From the NCBI GenBank assembly GCA_010909165.1, contig MU008162.1, forward strand, positions 1,488,001 to 1,552,000: a DNA stretch of 64,000 nt, given 5' to 3'. Shown one piece after another: positions 11,737-24,248 of this stretch. This stretch comes from Anthoceros angustus (Eukaryota > Plantae > Anthocerotophyta). The stretch's first letter is position 1. Every line of letters starts with the position of its first letter. Both the position numbers and the translations under genes were made by a program. The notes below the pieces were generated by a model. The model made no database searches. It was given only the letters and a program-made list of their open reading frames with translations, and was not told where the DNA came from.

Positions 11737-13125
11737 ATGGGTGTTACGAAATTCTGCATCAGCTCAGGACGGACAGGCTGGGGGAGTAGAGCGGGCTGGA
11801 CGTGCATATCTACTGATGTGCATGCTCAGCACAGAGCGATCTTCCTCCAGAACAGCGGAGTCAGAATCTGGCGAGCCACCCACAACAGCCACCACGCGGA
11901 GAGGCAGATGGGAGGTGGGAGCCTGCACAGCAAACAGCGAGACAAAGTGATCGTTATATCAGGCCCGACAGCAGTGGGAAAAACCGCTCTGGCTTTGGCA
12001 CTGGCCGGAAAACTGGGAGGAGAGATTGTCAGTGCCGACTCAGTACAGGTCTATAGAGGTCTCGACGTCGGGAGTGCCAAGACGCCGTTGCATGAGAGAC
12101 AAGGAGTTCCCCACCACCTGCTGGATATCATCTGCCCTACACAAGAATACACAGCAGGATGCTTCCACGACAATGCCAGAGAAGCCACCGCCAAGGTACT
12201 TGCCAGCGGCAAAGTCCCCATTGCCGTGGGAGGTACCGGTATGTACCTGAGGTGGTACATCAATGGCAAACCAGGAGCTCCAAAGTCTTCACAGGAACAG
12301 GTCGCAGCAGTGGAGGAAGAGATCTCGGAGCTGGTCAAAAGGGGCGGTGGCTGGGATGAGGCCCTGGAGCTGCTGGCGGACGGAGGGGATCTGGAGACTG
12401 CTCTCACCTTGGAAAGGAATGACTGGTACCGGCTCCGACGGGCCTTGGAGATTCTTAGGGCCACAGGCAGACCTCGTACGGATTTTCCTCCAGCTGATCT
12501 TGCCTGCAGGGAGTTGGACTACGATTTCCGTTGCTTTTTCCTGTGCAAGCCTAGATTACAACTGTACCGTCAGATAGATCTCCGTTGCGAGGAGATGGTG
12601 GCAGAGCCTGATGGCTTGCTGCATGAAGCATCCTGGCTGTTAGACTTGGGTGTGCCTCCAAATTCCAGCTGTGCTTCCAGGGCCATTGGGTACAGGCAAG
12701 CTATGGAATACTTAGCAGAGTGCAGAGCAGCAGGAGGGTTGACGACAGAGGAACAGTTTTTGGAATTTCTCGCTGATTTCCAGAAAGCGTCCAGGAATTT
12801 TGCGAAAAGGCAGCTTACTTGGTTCCGCAGCGAACCTCTCTTCCAATGGGTTGATGCCTCGCAGCCTGTGGAGGAGCTGGTCCAGGTTATGGTCGAGGAG
12901 TTTCTGGGGTTGGTTCCTGGGATGGCACAGTCTCAAATCAAGGCAGCAAGCTATAACGAAGGCAAAGAATTGAAGCGGTACAGAGCAGAGCTGCAAGTGT
13001 TTCATGATCCAACCGCAAGGGCTCGCGTGAGGGATTGGATCAGAAGCACCCAGAGTGGCAAACCAACTTCAGAAATCAAGCCTCTGCCCAGCACAGCTGC
13101 AGCCAGCTGTTCAGCACCATTGTAG
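11737..13125 (+). CDS. IPT9: tRNA dimethylallyltransferase (MiaA / IPT9-like), intronless
   Basis: VISGPTAVGKT P-loop, EIVSADSVQVYRGLDVGSAK, PHHLLDI, VGGTGMYLRW, NDWYRLRRALEI, AIGYRQ, RNFAKRQLTWFR; N-terminal extension resembles a transit peptide. Confidence 0.92.
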   Translation: MGVTKFCISSGRTGWGSRAGWTCISTDVHAQHRAIFLQNSGVRIWRATHNSHHAERQMGGGSLHSKQRDKVIVISGPTAVGKTALALALAGKLGGEIVSADSVQVYRGLDVGSAKTPLHERQGVPHHLLDIICPTQEYTAGCFHDNAREATAKVLASGKVPIAVGGTGMYLRWYINGKPGAPKSSQEQVAAVEEEISELVKRGGGWDEALELLADGGDLETALTLERNDWYRLRRALEILRATGRPRTDFPPADLACRELDYDFRCFFLCKPRLQLYRQIDLRCEEMVAEPDGLLHEASWLLDLGVPPNSSCASRAIGYRQAMEYLAECRAAGGLTTEEQFLEFLADFQKASRNFAKRQLTWFRSEPLFQWVDASQPVEELVQVMVEEFLGLVPGMAQSQIKAASYNEGKELKRYRAELQVFHDPTARARVRDWIRSTQSGKPTSEIKPLPSTAAASCSAPL

Positions 13126-13525
13126 TCACATTTCTTCCAAACTTCAATTCCTACAGTTCAGAAATTTAGAAGCAAACTTGTCCAGATCTCGAAAGAGGTT
13201 GCCAACGACCTCACAGGATACTAAAAATTTGGTACTTTACAATGTCTTTGTCTTGGAAACCCTGAAGACCAGCAAACTTCGCTGTAATACTCCTCCCTAC
13301 TAACTAGTGTTACCTGTGAGACAGATTCCGCTGCACCGTTTTCAAACATTTGGCTTCCCACCGTCACCTCTTTCCTAAGGCATGTGTTCAAACTACACAA
13401 TATACAATGCCAATCTGGTCCTGCTCAAATGCTGAATATTTATTAACCCCGTAAAAGAATAGATCGGTGATGGTAGAGATGAAAGGCTTAGTTGTACAAG
13501 GTGAACCATCAAGACAGTAGAGAGC

Positions 13526-15731
13526 TCACAATCCCCCATTATCCTGCCAGCCGCCGTCAGCACCATGTGCAAAAATTGCGTTGTGTTGCTCAATAAGACA
13601 TTGCACAGCCTCCACTAATTCGAAGTCAATTGATGTTGGCTCATCGTCCAGGGGGATCTGGGCCGAAAGGTCAACCTTGTCACCTTCAACATGCCCGTTT
13701 CCATCCCCTGCACAACACCGACAACCATGTAAAGCTAGCTGCCTGAGCAAACCAAGCCACAAACATAAGTCTACAAGATGGGATTCTAGGAATTCAAAAG
13801 TTCACCTTCCCAATCATGACTAGCATCTTTGACGTTGACGAAGGTGACGGACACACTGGGAGACCTCTTTGGCGCCTGACCCTCCCCAGTTGTTCCATCT
13901 TGTGATGACCTGAGGGCGGATGTGAGTGTCTTTGATGGGCCCCGGGAACTGCCATGAGAGCGTTCTTCCCTCTTCCACAATAAGACAGGAGCCAACACAA
14001 ATGCAAGGCTTCGAGCATCCATCTACACAACGTTAAAAAATAAATCATCAGCACAGTGCAGGTCAGACTAAAGCTCTCTCGTTCTATCCAGCTGTGAGCA
14101 TCACGTTGCTGTTTCACAGCACCACCAAGCTAGATAGGTAAAGCAAAAACTGTGAGCAAATGCAAACTACGTGTTGTCACCACCTTGTTTATAGAAGACA
14201 GCTCGCTGACCCGCAGAAGCAACGATGTCAAACATTCCAAGGTTGAATAGTTCACATACGGGAGCTTGGCAACAACATCACGCCAGCGGCGCACATCTTC
14301 ACCCGCCTTGACCACGTCATCATACAGGTGAAATGTAAGAATGGGCTCCGGCAATGCCCGGAGATAAACTTTCAAAAGTGAAGACACATCAATAGGGCTA
14401 ACTCCATCCACCAAAGGAGAGTTCCAATCTGCTCCATCAGACATGAGGACATCATAGCGTCAGTTTTGTTCAACCCAGTGCTTCCTACATTGGATGCAAG
14501 ATAGTGCAGTTACGCAGTTTATCTTAAGGTCACAAGACAAACCCAGCAAGCTCTATGAGAGAATCCTGCCAACCCACCTTCGTTGTACAAGTCCACAAGA
14601 CGATCCACTACAAATGGGCTTCCTCCATCTTTAAAGAGATTCTCTGAGTGCAGGCCTGCAAAATCATTTGAACAATCACATTTTGCAAGTTCCAAGTCTG
14701 AACACAGAAGATAACGTCCACAACCACCGACCTGATAGAATCAAGAAGTCCACACATCTTGTCACGATTTGCGGAATAGGCTTGGGACCTTTCTGACGTT
14801 GAACTATCACTTCAAGGGGAACCCCAAAAACTGGCCAAAGACAAACATGCTCGTAAGAGATACTCCTGAAATGGAGGATCAGATTACACAAGGAGCGAAT
14901 ATTGTTCACCGTACAAACCAAGCTTGCCTCAAGTACTTATCCAACAGCAACTTCTGCCTAAGATACTCACCACCACGACCGCTGGAGCCCTGCCATGATC
15001 GCAAAGCAAGAACACCATCAGACCAGGGTAACTGGGAGTTGTAATTAAATGCCAGCTTCCCAATAAAAATGCCACAATCTTAAGGAGACTTAGACCCCAC
15101 CTTCTGCCACCATTCAATGCTTGCAATAATGCTCTTGCTGCGGATTGCAGCTTTTCGGGCAGCCTAGTACATCAGCAGCGGAACCAGGTTACAAAACTTC
15201 ATACATGACAGTACACCGATCACAGTCCCCCTCCCATCAAGCATACAGAAACATGCCCTCTCACATCGGGAGTACCTCCTCAACTTTCCCCTTGGTCTCA
15301 TTGAATCCCTTCTTCAAGATGGTGCTTGTTGACGCAGCAGCTGACCGAAGACGAGCTTGCACATTTGCATCTCCACTATTTTGTTGTCGTCGCTCCTCCT
15401 GCTCTCGCACCTGCTGCTGCTTTTGTTTCTGCCTCAGAAGTGTCCAACGTGAAAGAACTGCAGATCCAGCACGTTCTGCAGCATCCGCAAATCTATCTGC
15501 AGCATCAACAACCGAGGCCCCCGCAACCTTAGCCGCATCCCTAGCATCGATAGTTGCAGATCTGAGCTTAAAACCTGCAACACAAACAGATACTGCTGGT
15601 CACTTCCCCGCGCACAACATCCAACTCAAAACAAGTGAAGCTCACTCCCCTACTATGCACATGCTAACTGGTAACGTACTGGACGAAGATAGAAACCCGC
15701 CAGCCTTTTCCCGCCACTGTGCTGTTGTCAT
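13526..15731 (-). CDS. RhoGAP-domain protein (At5g61530-like), multi-exon
   Basis: Exon 1 (15731-15680) MTTAQWREKAGGFLSSS; later exons VFGVPLEVIVQRQ..PIPQIVTRCVDFLILSG, DVSSLLKVYLRALPEPILTF, LPYVNYSTLE, MDARSLAFVLAPVLLW, IPLDDEPTSIDFELVEAVQCLIEQHNAIF; stop at 13526. Confidence 0.88.
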
Positions 15732-16877
15732 GGTGAAAATGCGCTTCACTCGTCCTGGCCCTCACCGTTACTGCCTGCCAAACTGCATCAACCAGCGCAA
15801 ACTCTCAAAAATCAAACACCAAAACGAGAGCCAAAATTCCTGCAAGCCAGAAACACCGAAACTCGCCTTCGCCTTCCCCTTCCCGCAGCAAATTCCTTTT
15901 TATCCCTCCAAACACAACCCGACGCACACGCACAACAAACACCAAACACGGCGACTCGCCAACCGAATATCCAAGACGCGCCTACGACCTCAAGCCGGAT
16001 CTAAAGCAATTACCACGGATCAGCGACACGGCCGCCGTGTGAGCTAGTCCTCTACAATCAGTCCTCAAACTAAGCCGACAACACCTGGAAACACCTCTTG
16101 TCACACATATTCTCCAAAGCACGCAGATCCAGCACCTGTCACCAGGTGCAAACCTAGGCACCGATGCACAAGCCAGAATGCACAAAAACGGCGCAGCATA
16201 AACGGGCAACGAGCTCCATTCCTCCTGCTGTGCTCCTGCCATCAGACAGTCCTACCATTTCACCTTGAACGCCGTGCATCCATCCAGAATCTGTCTGGCC
16301 ACACTGGCACACACCACATCACTCTGCCAGTGCGGTCCAGACTACAAGGCACGCAGGAAATGCTTCATACCTCGACAGCGCAGCCTGCGAGGCGGGGGCG
16401 AGACGCGAGCGACGTGCAGACGAATTTGAGCTGGATCCCCGGCGAGCCCAGCGGGAAATCGCAGCGTGTCAGGAACAGGACTCGCCCATGCATACTCCTG
16501 CTGCTTCCGAGGTGCTCCGGCCTCGATGCCTTGCGCTTCGCTCGTACATAATATACATTATACCCGATGTAGGTCACATATTTATGTACATACACGCACA
16601 GTAAGACATTACGGCACATTAATTACGGCGGTCGGTTACAGTTAGGGCGCCTTTGCTGTGAGTGGTTCCACACTATGGTAAGGGGACGTGGTGGAATAGT
16701 TGCTGTTTGCGTGCTTGTCGAAGGGGAGATGTACAAAACAGAACCACTGGGAGAGTGTACGTGGCGATGGAAGGGGGAACAAATCATGGGGTACTTGGAA
16801 TATGCAAATCCGATGGCATCTTCTTCATTCACACTTTTTTTTCCACATGCTTAGGGACGAGAGACATATAGGCCGGA

Positions 16878-18980
16878 TCAGAATTCCTCATCGCCCAGGA
16901 CAGGCCGAGTCACAGGCACAGCCCAGCGGCCAAGATGGGCGGTGTAGTTGACACACCTGATGATGCCCTTGGCGGAAGGGCCATCGGGGAAGTCTACAAC
17001 GCTGACACTGCCGGTGTCCAGGTTGAAGGAGGCGACGTTGGTCTGATCCAGAGCCAGGCAGCGTGCCAGGATGGCAGCATGCATCAACTCGTGGCTGACA
17101 ACCACCACCGTCCAGTCTTGGTCTGGGGCTTGTGTTGACGCGTTCTCCAACTCCAGGAGGATGTTGTCCCAGACTGTGCCTGCTCTGCCCCAGAAGTCAG
17201 ACAGCTTCTTCCCTGCAGGGCCCTCGGCGTTGAGCAAGTCATGTGCCAGGAGACCTGTTCTCGCCTTGCCCTGCATCAACCAACAAGTTGGTGACGTTCA
17301 TGTCAACGACCTTGCTGTGGGAACAGAGGCTTTTACGGGTGACGTGATGTCCTTGCTGACCTGCCATTCACCCCAGTCCATGTCCCTCAGCTCGGGCACT
17401 TGCTTGACGTCCACATATCTGGGCTCGCATTGGACACCCAAACAGTCGGCTGCCTCTTGTACCTGGTGAGCATGGATTGGCTCAGTTGATGCACACAACT
17501 TAACCGAATGGAAGAAATGAAATCAAACATGCTAGAAACATGCCTCAGCAATTGCTGCAGCAGTCTTGAGCGCAGACGGTTGTGGGCTGCAAATCAGAGA
17601 GTTCACCCGGATGTCCAACAGCAACTCGGCTGTCTTTCGTGACTGTACAGAGGAATGAGGAAGACAACATGTCAGGTAGCTGTGCAATCGGTCACAAAGA
17701 AGGTGGCGATAAGAAAGCATTTTGAGCAAGCTACCTGAATGATCCCCAACATGTTCATCGGCTCTTCAGGCGACGCAGAGAAGCGTTTCTGCAACAACTC
17801 ACATCCACCCCATGAGAAGAACCCAAGCACAGAAAAAATGCTAATCCAGACAAGGGCATCGCCAGATGCAGCACCTGGGTGGTGCTCTCTGTAGCCCCAT
17901 GGCAAACGAGAACCAGGCGAGAAGCAGCTGCCCTTCCACCAGACAGGCCACCAGCCCCAGCAAGCGGCGGGCTCGGCGTCTGCAACCCCATCATGCCTGC
18001 ATCAATTCCCTTATCCTGTCATCCTCTCCATACACAGGAGAACCGGAGCAGGAAAGCATGCACGAGAGGAAGCAGCAGAAGAATGCCTGATTGAGGCGGT
18101 TGAGGCAAACGAACGGGGATCCCTCAGCAGCTCCAGCCGGGGGCAGGAAGTCCAGCACGCTGACTCCGCAATTACTCTGCAGCAGCTGCCTGAAGTATTG
18201 CGTCCCCAGGCCCGTGGCGGTGGCCACAAGAGCCTGGTTCACCGCATTATGCGCCACTACCAGGACGGACCGCCCGTTGCTCCCGAGAATGGTCTGCCAG
18301 CAGGTCCGGGCGCGGGCCCAGAGCTCCCGCACTGGGTAGTGCCCGTCGATCATGAAGTTTGGCGCGTCCCTCTGCCAACTGCTGAACGCCTCCCCGTAGA
18401 TCTGCTTCCCCTCGTTCTTCATCAACCCCTGCACCAAACCCCGGTTCCTCAGCCTCCAAACCCCCAAGAACGCAAGACTGCGCCACCATCGAAGACAGGA
18501 CCATTCAGGACCACGCACCTGGAACGAGTACAGATCGATCTCCCGCAGGTCGTACAGCGGGATCATGGGCTCCTGCCGCGCGCCCCAGATGATTTGCGCG
18601 GTCCTGTGCGCCCTGGCCAGCGGACTGTAGAAGCAGCAGTCGAAGGAGTCCGCGAGGAGCATCTGGCGAGATGTCTCGGCCTGGCTCTCGCCCTTGGCCG
18701 TGAGCACGGAGAAATCCGAGCTGCCTTGGATCCTCCCCGCCTCATTCCAGGTGCTCTGCCCGTGCCGCACCAGCACCACCCGCTTCGCCGCGGACACCGC
18801 CGGGAGCGCGCCCGGCTCCGAAGGCAGCGCCATCGCCGGGGGAGCTTCTGGCGAGGAAGGCACCGCGCTCACTGGAGACACCATCCTCGCGCGCCCGGCT
18901 CGACTCGGCTGGAGAAGAGCGGGCTTCGCTGCTCCTCGACTGCTCACCCACGGCGGTGACTGCAGGCTCACGGACGCCAT
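16878..18980 (-). CDS. 2-carboxy-D-arabinitol-1-phosphatase-like tandem histidine phosphatase (At5g22620-like), multi-exon
   Basis: Domain 1: RVVLVRHGQSTWN..RIQGSSDFSVLT, SPLARAHRTA, VLVVAHNAVN. Domain 2: RLVLVCHG, VVVVSHE, NYTAHLGRW. Plastid-transit-like N-terminus. Confidence 0.9.
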
Positions 18981-19049
18981 GGCCGTCCCAGCCAGACCTT
19001 AGGTTTTCCTGCTCCCGCTTCTTTCCAAACAAAGACTGGTGAGAAAGAA

Positions 19050-19410
19050 CACATAACAGGAAGAAGGAAGAAGACGACGAAAAGCAAGAAAAGTGGACGA
19101 AGAACAGGTCGAAGACGGCCAATAAGCACTGATCCAAGAAGAAGAGCAGGAGGAGGACGACGAAGAACACATCCAAGAAGACGAAGAGCAAGAAGAAGAG
19201 CAAAAAGAAGAAGAAAAAGATGAAAGCATTGGGAGAAGGGGAAGCACAGAAGGGAGAAGAAGAGGCATAAGAAGAAGAGGAAGACAAAGACAAAGAGGAA
19301 GAAGAAGAAGACGGATAAGAAGAGGAAGGCGAAGAGGAAGAAGAAGAGGAGACGCCAAGGATAAAAGGGAAGAAGCCAAGGATAAAAGAGAAGAAGCAAG
19401 AGGACGAAAC
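19050..19410 (+). repeat. Purine-rich (GAA/AGA) low-complexity tract between divergent genes
   Basis: About 360 bp almost devoid of pyrimidines; includes the direct repeat gccaaggataaaag x2. Confidence 0.85.
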
Positions 19411-19424
19411 TTGTTACCTGCTCG

Positions 19425-20044
19425 ATGCATGCAAGAGCGCTGCAAGTGTTAGTGACGTCTCCTGGGCCGATATTCCGGCCATCGGCAGCTGTAGCTCGGT
19501 TTGTTGCGGGCGCCTGTGATTGGAAGGAGCTGAAGACGCATCGGGGAGTGAAGGCGCATCGGCCGGTGAAGCTTAGGGAGCTGTTCTGCTCCGCATCGGG
19601 CGGGATGGAGGGGGGACTTGTACAGGCCGATCAGGGATCTGGTGGTGGGAGCAACGAGGACGCTGTGAAGACGGTGAGTGGAGTAGAAATCGATTCCTGG
19701 AGGTTGTGTTGCAGTGCAAGAAGAATTCAATTCCAATGCGGAGATGTTTGATTCCGCGTTGGCAACGTTTGCAGGTGCGGACTGTGATCAAAGGGAAGGT
19801 GCAGGGCGTGTTTTTCAGGAAGTGGACGGCGGAGACGGCCGAACGTCTTGGACTCCGGGGGTGGGTGAGGAATCGGCACGACGGGTGCGTGGAGGCTGTC
19901 TTCTCGGGGACGCCGCAGGTGGTCGAAGATATGGTGCGCAAGTGCTGGTCGGGTCCGCCGGAGGCCATTGTTACCGGGCTGGATGTGGAGGATTGGCCTC
20001 ACCCTGTGCCCAATCGCTTCGAGGTGAAGACGACCGCGTGGTGA
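19425..20044 (+). CDS. Acylphosphatase with N-terminal transit peptide (2 exons)
   Basis: Exon 19425-19673, intron GTGAGT...TTTGCAG 19674-19774, exon 19775-20044 [37 protein letters not shown] (acylphosphatase signature GxVQGVxFR / WVRN). Confidence 0.9.
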
Positions 20045-21639
20045 ACCGGATGTTGTCGTGCTGATGATGTGTATGTCACATGTATGTATGCTATGCGTGC
20101 GTTCGTCAGACCACATGTTTAATCTATGTATCCATCGTGATGGTCCCAGATGTTTGAAATATTGCCACGGAGTAACTCCTCAAGCACCGACTCTGGCTTC
20201 AGCCTCCTCGGATAGCGCGTTCCGTCGCCTCGCGCAGGTTACGTGCTCGATTCCGGGATCGTATTAGGAGCGGATCTCACTTGTTTGGGGATCTGTGGCC
20301 GGAGAGTCGATAATATCTGTGGTGATAAGATCGACAACGCCATGGCGCACTGTGGCGTGCCTTACCGGCGGAAGTGGGGGCAAGACGTTACTCCGCACTT
20401 TGGATTGGGCGCCAGTGGACCAGGCTTCAGAGATGATGAATTCGCAAGCGCTCGGCAGCAACAATTTTTTTGTAGTGAATCTTGATTCGTGGCTCGAATT
20501 GAGCCATCCTTTGAGAGACTTTTGGCACCGAACAATTGTTCGTTTTCGACATTGTAGGAGGCTTTTCAATCATTTGTATTGGATGTCTCGTTTATGTGAT
20601 TGTGACTACATAGGTAGTCTGTAGAAGGGAGCCAGTAATGCAAATTGCAATGCGGCTTCGTCCTGGCCCAGGCCATGGAAGGAAGGAGGATGCACCTTCG
20701 TCAATACTTGTGACTCTTACACGTTAAGCTTCGGATTGCTCATGTTCGTGCACTGAATTCTGAATCCTGAAAGAAGGTCTCGCACCTCGAGGTCGCACAA
20801 GACAGCTCTTCTCAAGCTGCAGAGGTCACAGCACTGAATTCGCCATCTCGACTACATCACAACCTCACGATCGAATTCCCCTTCTCGTTCTCTCTGCATG
20901 CAAGAATTGCTCCTACCGCGATGTGATTGAACAAGATCCGGATCGGGCATGCATCCTTGCACTCCAATCGCAGGTGCTTCTGGTGGGAGCCGAGCCCGCG
21001 ACATGGAGTGGACCGTGTCGGACCTGATCTCAAGCACCCCGACGCCATAGCTGATCCAGCCATAGAACACCGTGACGCATGATCGGAAATCCGGAAGAGG
21101 AGATTGTGGAGGATAGGAAATTGACATGGCCTACATGGAGAAGATTGTTGGAAACCGTGGTGAAGAATCCGCTTCCTGTGCGACGCTCTCCCGCAGCGAG
21201 CTGGTTACGCTTGCAGGCTCGGAGGTTACCACATTCCGCGGGACTCAGTAACCCTGGTTCAAGGTTTGGCCATGGGGAGGACAGAGGAGCTGTGGCCGGA
21301 CCCGCTGCAGTTCGCTCCTGACAGATTCTAGGGCCGACACAACACGTATGATTGTACCTCTTCTGGCCGGCGAGGCTGCCCTGGATTGCAGCTGGCAGAG
21401 GTTTTGTTGCTCGTCAATGTGGCTGGCCTGGTGCACGGGTTTGACTGGTCTTTGCACGGCAGGATCTGGACATGTCGGAGCCAGCTGGTTAGGGTTTGAT
21501 GGCCCGTGGCTGCATTCTCTGGTGGCGGTACCATCCCCTCCTTTACCCTCGCTTCTACATGATTTTCTATGTCGGTTCAGGCAGCATGCCGCCGAGAAAC
21601 AGATGATAGATGCGGCTGATGCACAGCTCGCAGTCGCTG

Positions 21640-22059
21640 AGAGTCAAGCATTGGCTGTCGAGAGCGTTGTGTTTCCAGGTCTCGGTTTCGCACAGTTCTG
21701 CATGTGAAGATGTAATGTGCGGGACCTTGCCGAGGCTAGGGTTTCACTGTGACACCTAGCCTCGGTGATGGATCGAATTGCTTGCCAAACCCTCCGCAGA
21801 CGCCTTCCTTTGCTCTTCCGTAAGATATTCGCATGTTGAACAAGGACAAGATAGACCCTACGAATCCAGATGGCCAAGGTCAGAACAAGCCAGCCCCTCG
21901 CGCTCAGGTGGGAGAAGACCAACTTTCCTTCCGAGGTCTGCCACAGTCGAGGACTGGTTGTCTGTCTTGGCCGGTACTGATCTCTGCGTTTGCAGCAGCT
22001 TAGTGAAGATGTTTGCAATGTGTGGCAGCTCGGAAGATGCTCAAAGAGGTGTTCTATAG
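21640..22059 (+). pseudogene. Degenerate PLS-PPR gene fragment
   Basis: Frameshifted and stop-containing segments ERCVSRSRFRTVL / RLGFHCDT* / LAKPSADAFLCSSVRYSHVEQGQD / DLCVCSSLVKMFAMCGSSEDAQ align in order with ECCISKTLFYTVL / KLGYQSDTF / VAKPDAFTWSAIISAHVKHGED / DLFVCNCLVDMYAKCGSLEAAR of the intact PPR at 34-37 kb. Confidence 0.65.
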
Positions 22060-22352
22060 TCATTCGGAGACGTACGCCGCCATGGCGGCGGCGTAGTCCC
22101 GAATCCCGGCTACTCTGTGTGCAGTCTACGACTGCCTTCGTGCTGGAGATTTGAATTCAACAAGCGAGTGTTGCGTTCCGAAAGTGGGAGAAGCTTCCGC
22201 ACAGAACGTTCTCATCGGCCGGCTCTCCGCGGATCAGATTTAAAACGGGGAACGTCTTCTCGGTAAGGAGAAGAGAGAGCCTAGTTATGTGAAGTTTGAG
22301 GTTAGAAGTGGAGATTGATTCGCTGCAGGTGGCCTAATAATTCTGCTTTGGA

Positions 22353-23999
22353 ATGTCGATAACACGGGTGCATGCAGGTGGGTCGGACTGGAGAATGCGC
22401 ACTGCTCGGAGATGTGAGCAACTAGCTGTGTGTCTGGGAGGGGAAGGTTGTTCAGGCATGGCTTCTGTTGCCCTGCCAAGGCACTTTTCAGGCGGAGCAG
22501 AGAGTGGCACCTGTGGTGGGTTATCGGAGCTGCCAACGGCTGCGTCGCTGGCTCCGGTAGAGGCAATGGAGGCAGCAGCATCTTCCTCCGCTCGCTTTGG
22601 TGTGGACATCGGGGGAACGTTGTGCAAGGTTGTCTACTTCGAGCCGCTGAGATCCGGCCGCAACGGTGGTGGGCTGTATGCTGATTCCAAGTGGAGCTCA
22701 AGCGCCCAGGAAGCTCTGGATCCGGAGCATGGCAGCGGAGGAGATGGAGAGCGGGTGGTGGCATCCGCGGGGCCCGCTACGGACCTCGATGGGGGAGGGG
22801 CAGGAGGAAAGGAAGGATTGAGTGAGATGGAGAGGTCCTGGAGTGAAGGAGCCAAGATTTGGGTGTCCAGTCATGATCCAGTCGTGCTGCCTGGACGGGG
22901 CACGCTCTACTTCAAGTGCTTCGAGACATGGCAGATAGAGGAGTTCTTGTGTCTCACCAAGAAGTTCTCGCTGGTAAATGGGGGAAGAGCAATTGGAGCA
23001 ACCGGAGGCGGGGCCAAGAGGTTTGGAAACCAGTTTCTGGAAATTGCGGGGTTGCAGCTGCAACGAGCTGATGAATTGAAGAGTCTTGTTCGGGGGATTG
23101 ATTTCCTTGCTCGGCATGCTCACTCCGAGGGGTTTGAGTATCCTACGGGCTGCTACGAGGGGGGTGTCATCCAGAAACCTCTACATGCTGCAGGGGTTAG
23201 CAGCGAGGATGGCGGGGGAGACGAGGATCATGCCGAAGAGTCCACTCCAGCAGCGTTTCAGCCTGAGAGAGATGCGGTGGAGAAGAGGCCATCAGCAGCA
23301 GCGAAGAAGAAGAAGATGAAGGTGAAGGCATCTGGGCTGATGGGACCAATTTTGGTGAAAACAGAATGCGGTGGCGTACTTGCTGGCAATAAGGACTTGT
23401 ACCCTTATCTTGTGGTGAACATTGGGTCGGGAGTGAGCATGTTGCGAGTGGATTCCCCGGATAGCTTTGAGCGGGTTGGCGGCACCAGTCTGGGTGGAAG
23501 CACATTTTTGGGACTCGCATTGGCCCTGACAGGCTGCACTACCTTCGAGGAGGTACTCGCACTGGCTACCGAAGGTGATTCCACTGAGATTGACATGCTT
23601 GTTGGGGACATCTACGGTGGCGACTACTCAGAGATGGGACTCGCAGCAACAACCGTGGCCAGCTCCTTCGGAAAGCTGGTGAACCCGACTAGACGGGCCG
23701 CAGCCATGCAGTCTCCAGCCAACTTGGCTAAAGCAGTTCTGCTCATGGTCACCAACAACATCGGCTCTATTGCAATGCTTCATGCTCATCCTGCTGGAGT
23801 TCGGCACGTCATGTTCACTGGCAGCTTTCTACACAACAACACCCTGTCAAGGCGGCTGCTGTCCGTGGCCATGGGCTTCTGGTCTAAAGGCAAAATGAAG
23901 GCTATCTTTCTTCGGCACGAAGGCCAAGCAGGAGCGGTGGGGGCCATGCTCAGCGCCTTAACCCATTCTGACCCTATTGACCGTCTGCTGCTGAGTTAA
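22353..23999 (+). CDS. PANK: Type II pantothenate kinase (stand-alone PanK domain), intronless
   Basis: FGVDIGGTLCKVVYF, ATGGGAKRF, YPYLVVNIGSGVS, RVGGTSLGGSTF, DMLVGDIYGG, ASSFGK, FLRHEG. The true start may be a downstream ATG. Confidence 0.9.
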   Translation: MSITRVHAGGSDWRMRTARRCEQLAVCLGGEGCSGMASVALPRHFSGGAESGTCGGLSELPTAASLAPVEAMEAAASSSARFGVDIGGTLCKVVYFEPLRSGRNGGGLYADSKWSSSAQEALDPEHGSGGDGERVVASAGPATDLDGGGAGGKEGLSEMERSWSEGAKIWVSSHDPVVLPGRGTLYFKCFETWQIEEFLCLTKKFSLVNGGRAIGATGGGAKRFGNQFLEIAGLQLQRADELKSLVRGIDFLARHAHSEGFEYPTGCYEGGVIQKPLHAAGVSSEDGGGDEDHAEESTPAAFQPERDAVEKRPSAAAKKKKMKVKASGLMGPILVKTECGGVLAGNKDLYPYLVVNIGSGVSMLRVDSPDSFERVGGTSLGGSTFLGLALALTGCTTFEEVLALATEGDSTEIDMLVGDIYGGDYSEMGLAATTVASSFGKLVNPTRRAAAMQSPANLAKAVLLMVTNNIGSIAMLHAHPAGVRHVMFTGSFLHNNTLSRRLLSVAMGFWSKGKMKAIFLRHEGQAGAVGAMLSALTHSDPIDRLLLS

Positions 24000-24248
24000 C
24001 TGCTGCGCTCATCAAAAGTGCATTGACAGAGCCGGACGTCAGATGTGAGGTTTGCAAAGTACACCTCGAACGGCCTGCCACCAGCCAGTAGCCCGAAGCG
24101 GTTTTATGTCGCCAACAGACTAACTGTAACTAGGTAGGTAGATTCTTTGCTCAGCTGAAGCTGACCAGCATTTTGCAACCCAAATGGTATTCCGAAGATG
24201 GAAGCTTCTTGAGAACATGTCGTTCTCTCAATTGAGTCAGTAAATCAT

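Noticed and set aside
15145-16047. 300-aa + strand ORF
   Set aside because: Antisense to RhoGAP exons and 5' leader.
18742-19445. Leu/Phe/Ser-rich minus-strand ORFs
   Set aside because: Low-complexity shadows of the purine tract.
19201-19450. Arg-rich protamine-like reading frame in the purine tract
   Set aside because: No ATG precedes the Arg-rich segment after the upstream stop (19123-19125); it is an expected by-product of AGA/GAA low complexity.
20243-21330. Short ORFs, including CGDKIDN..YRRKW with faint trihelix resemblance
   Set aside because: Similarity too weak, non-ATG starts, no coherent splice model.
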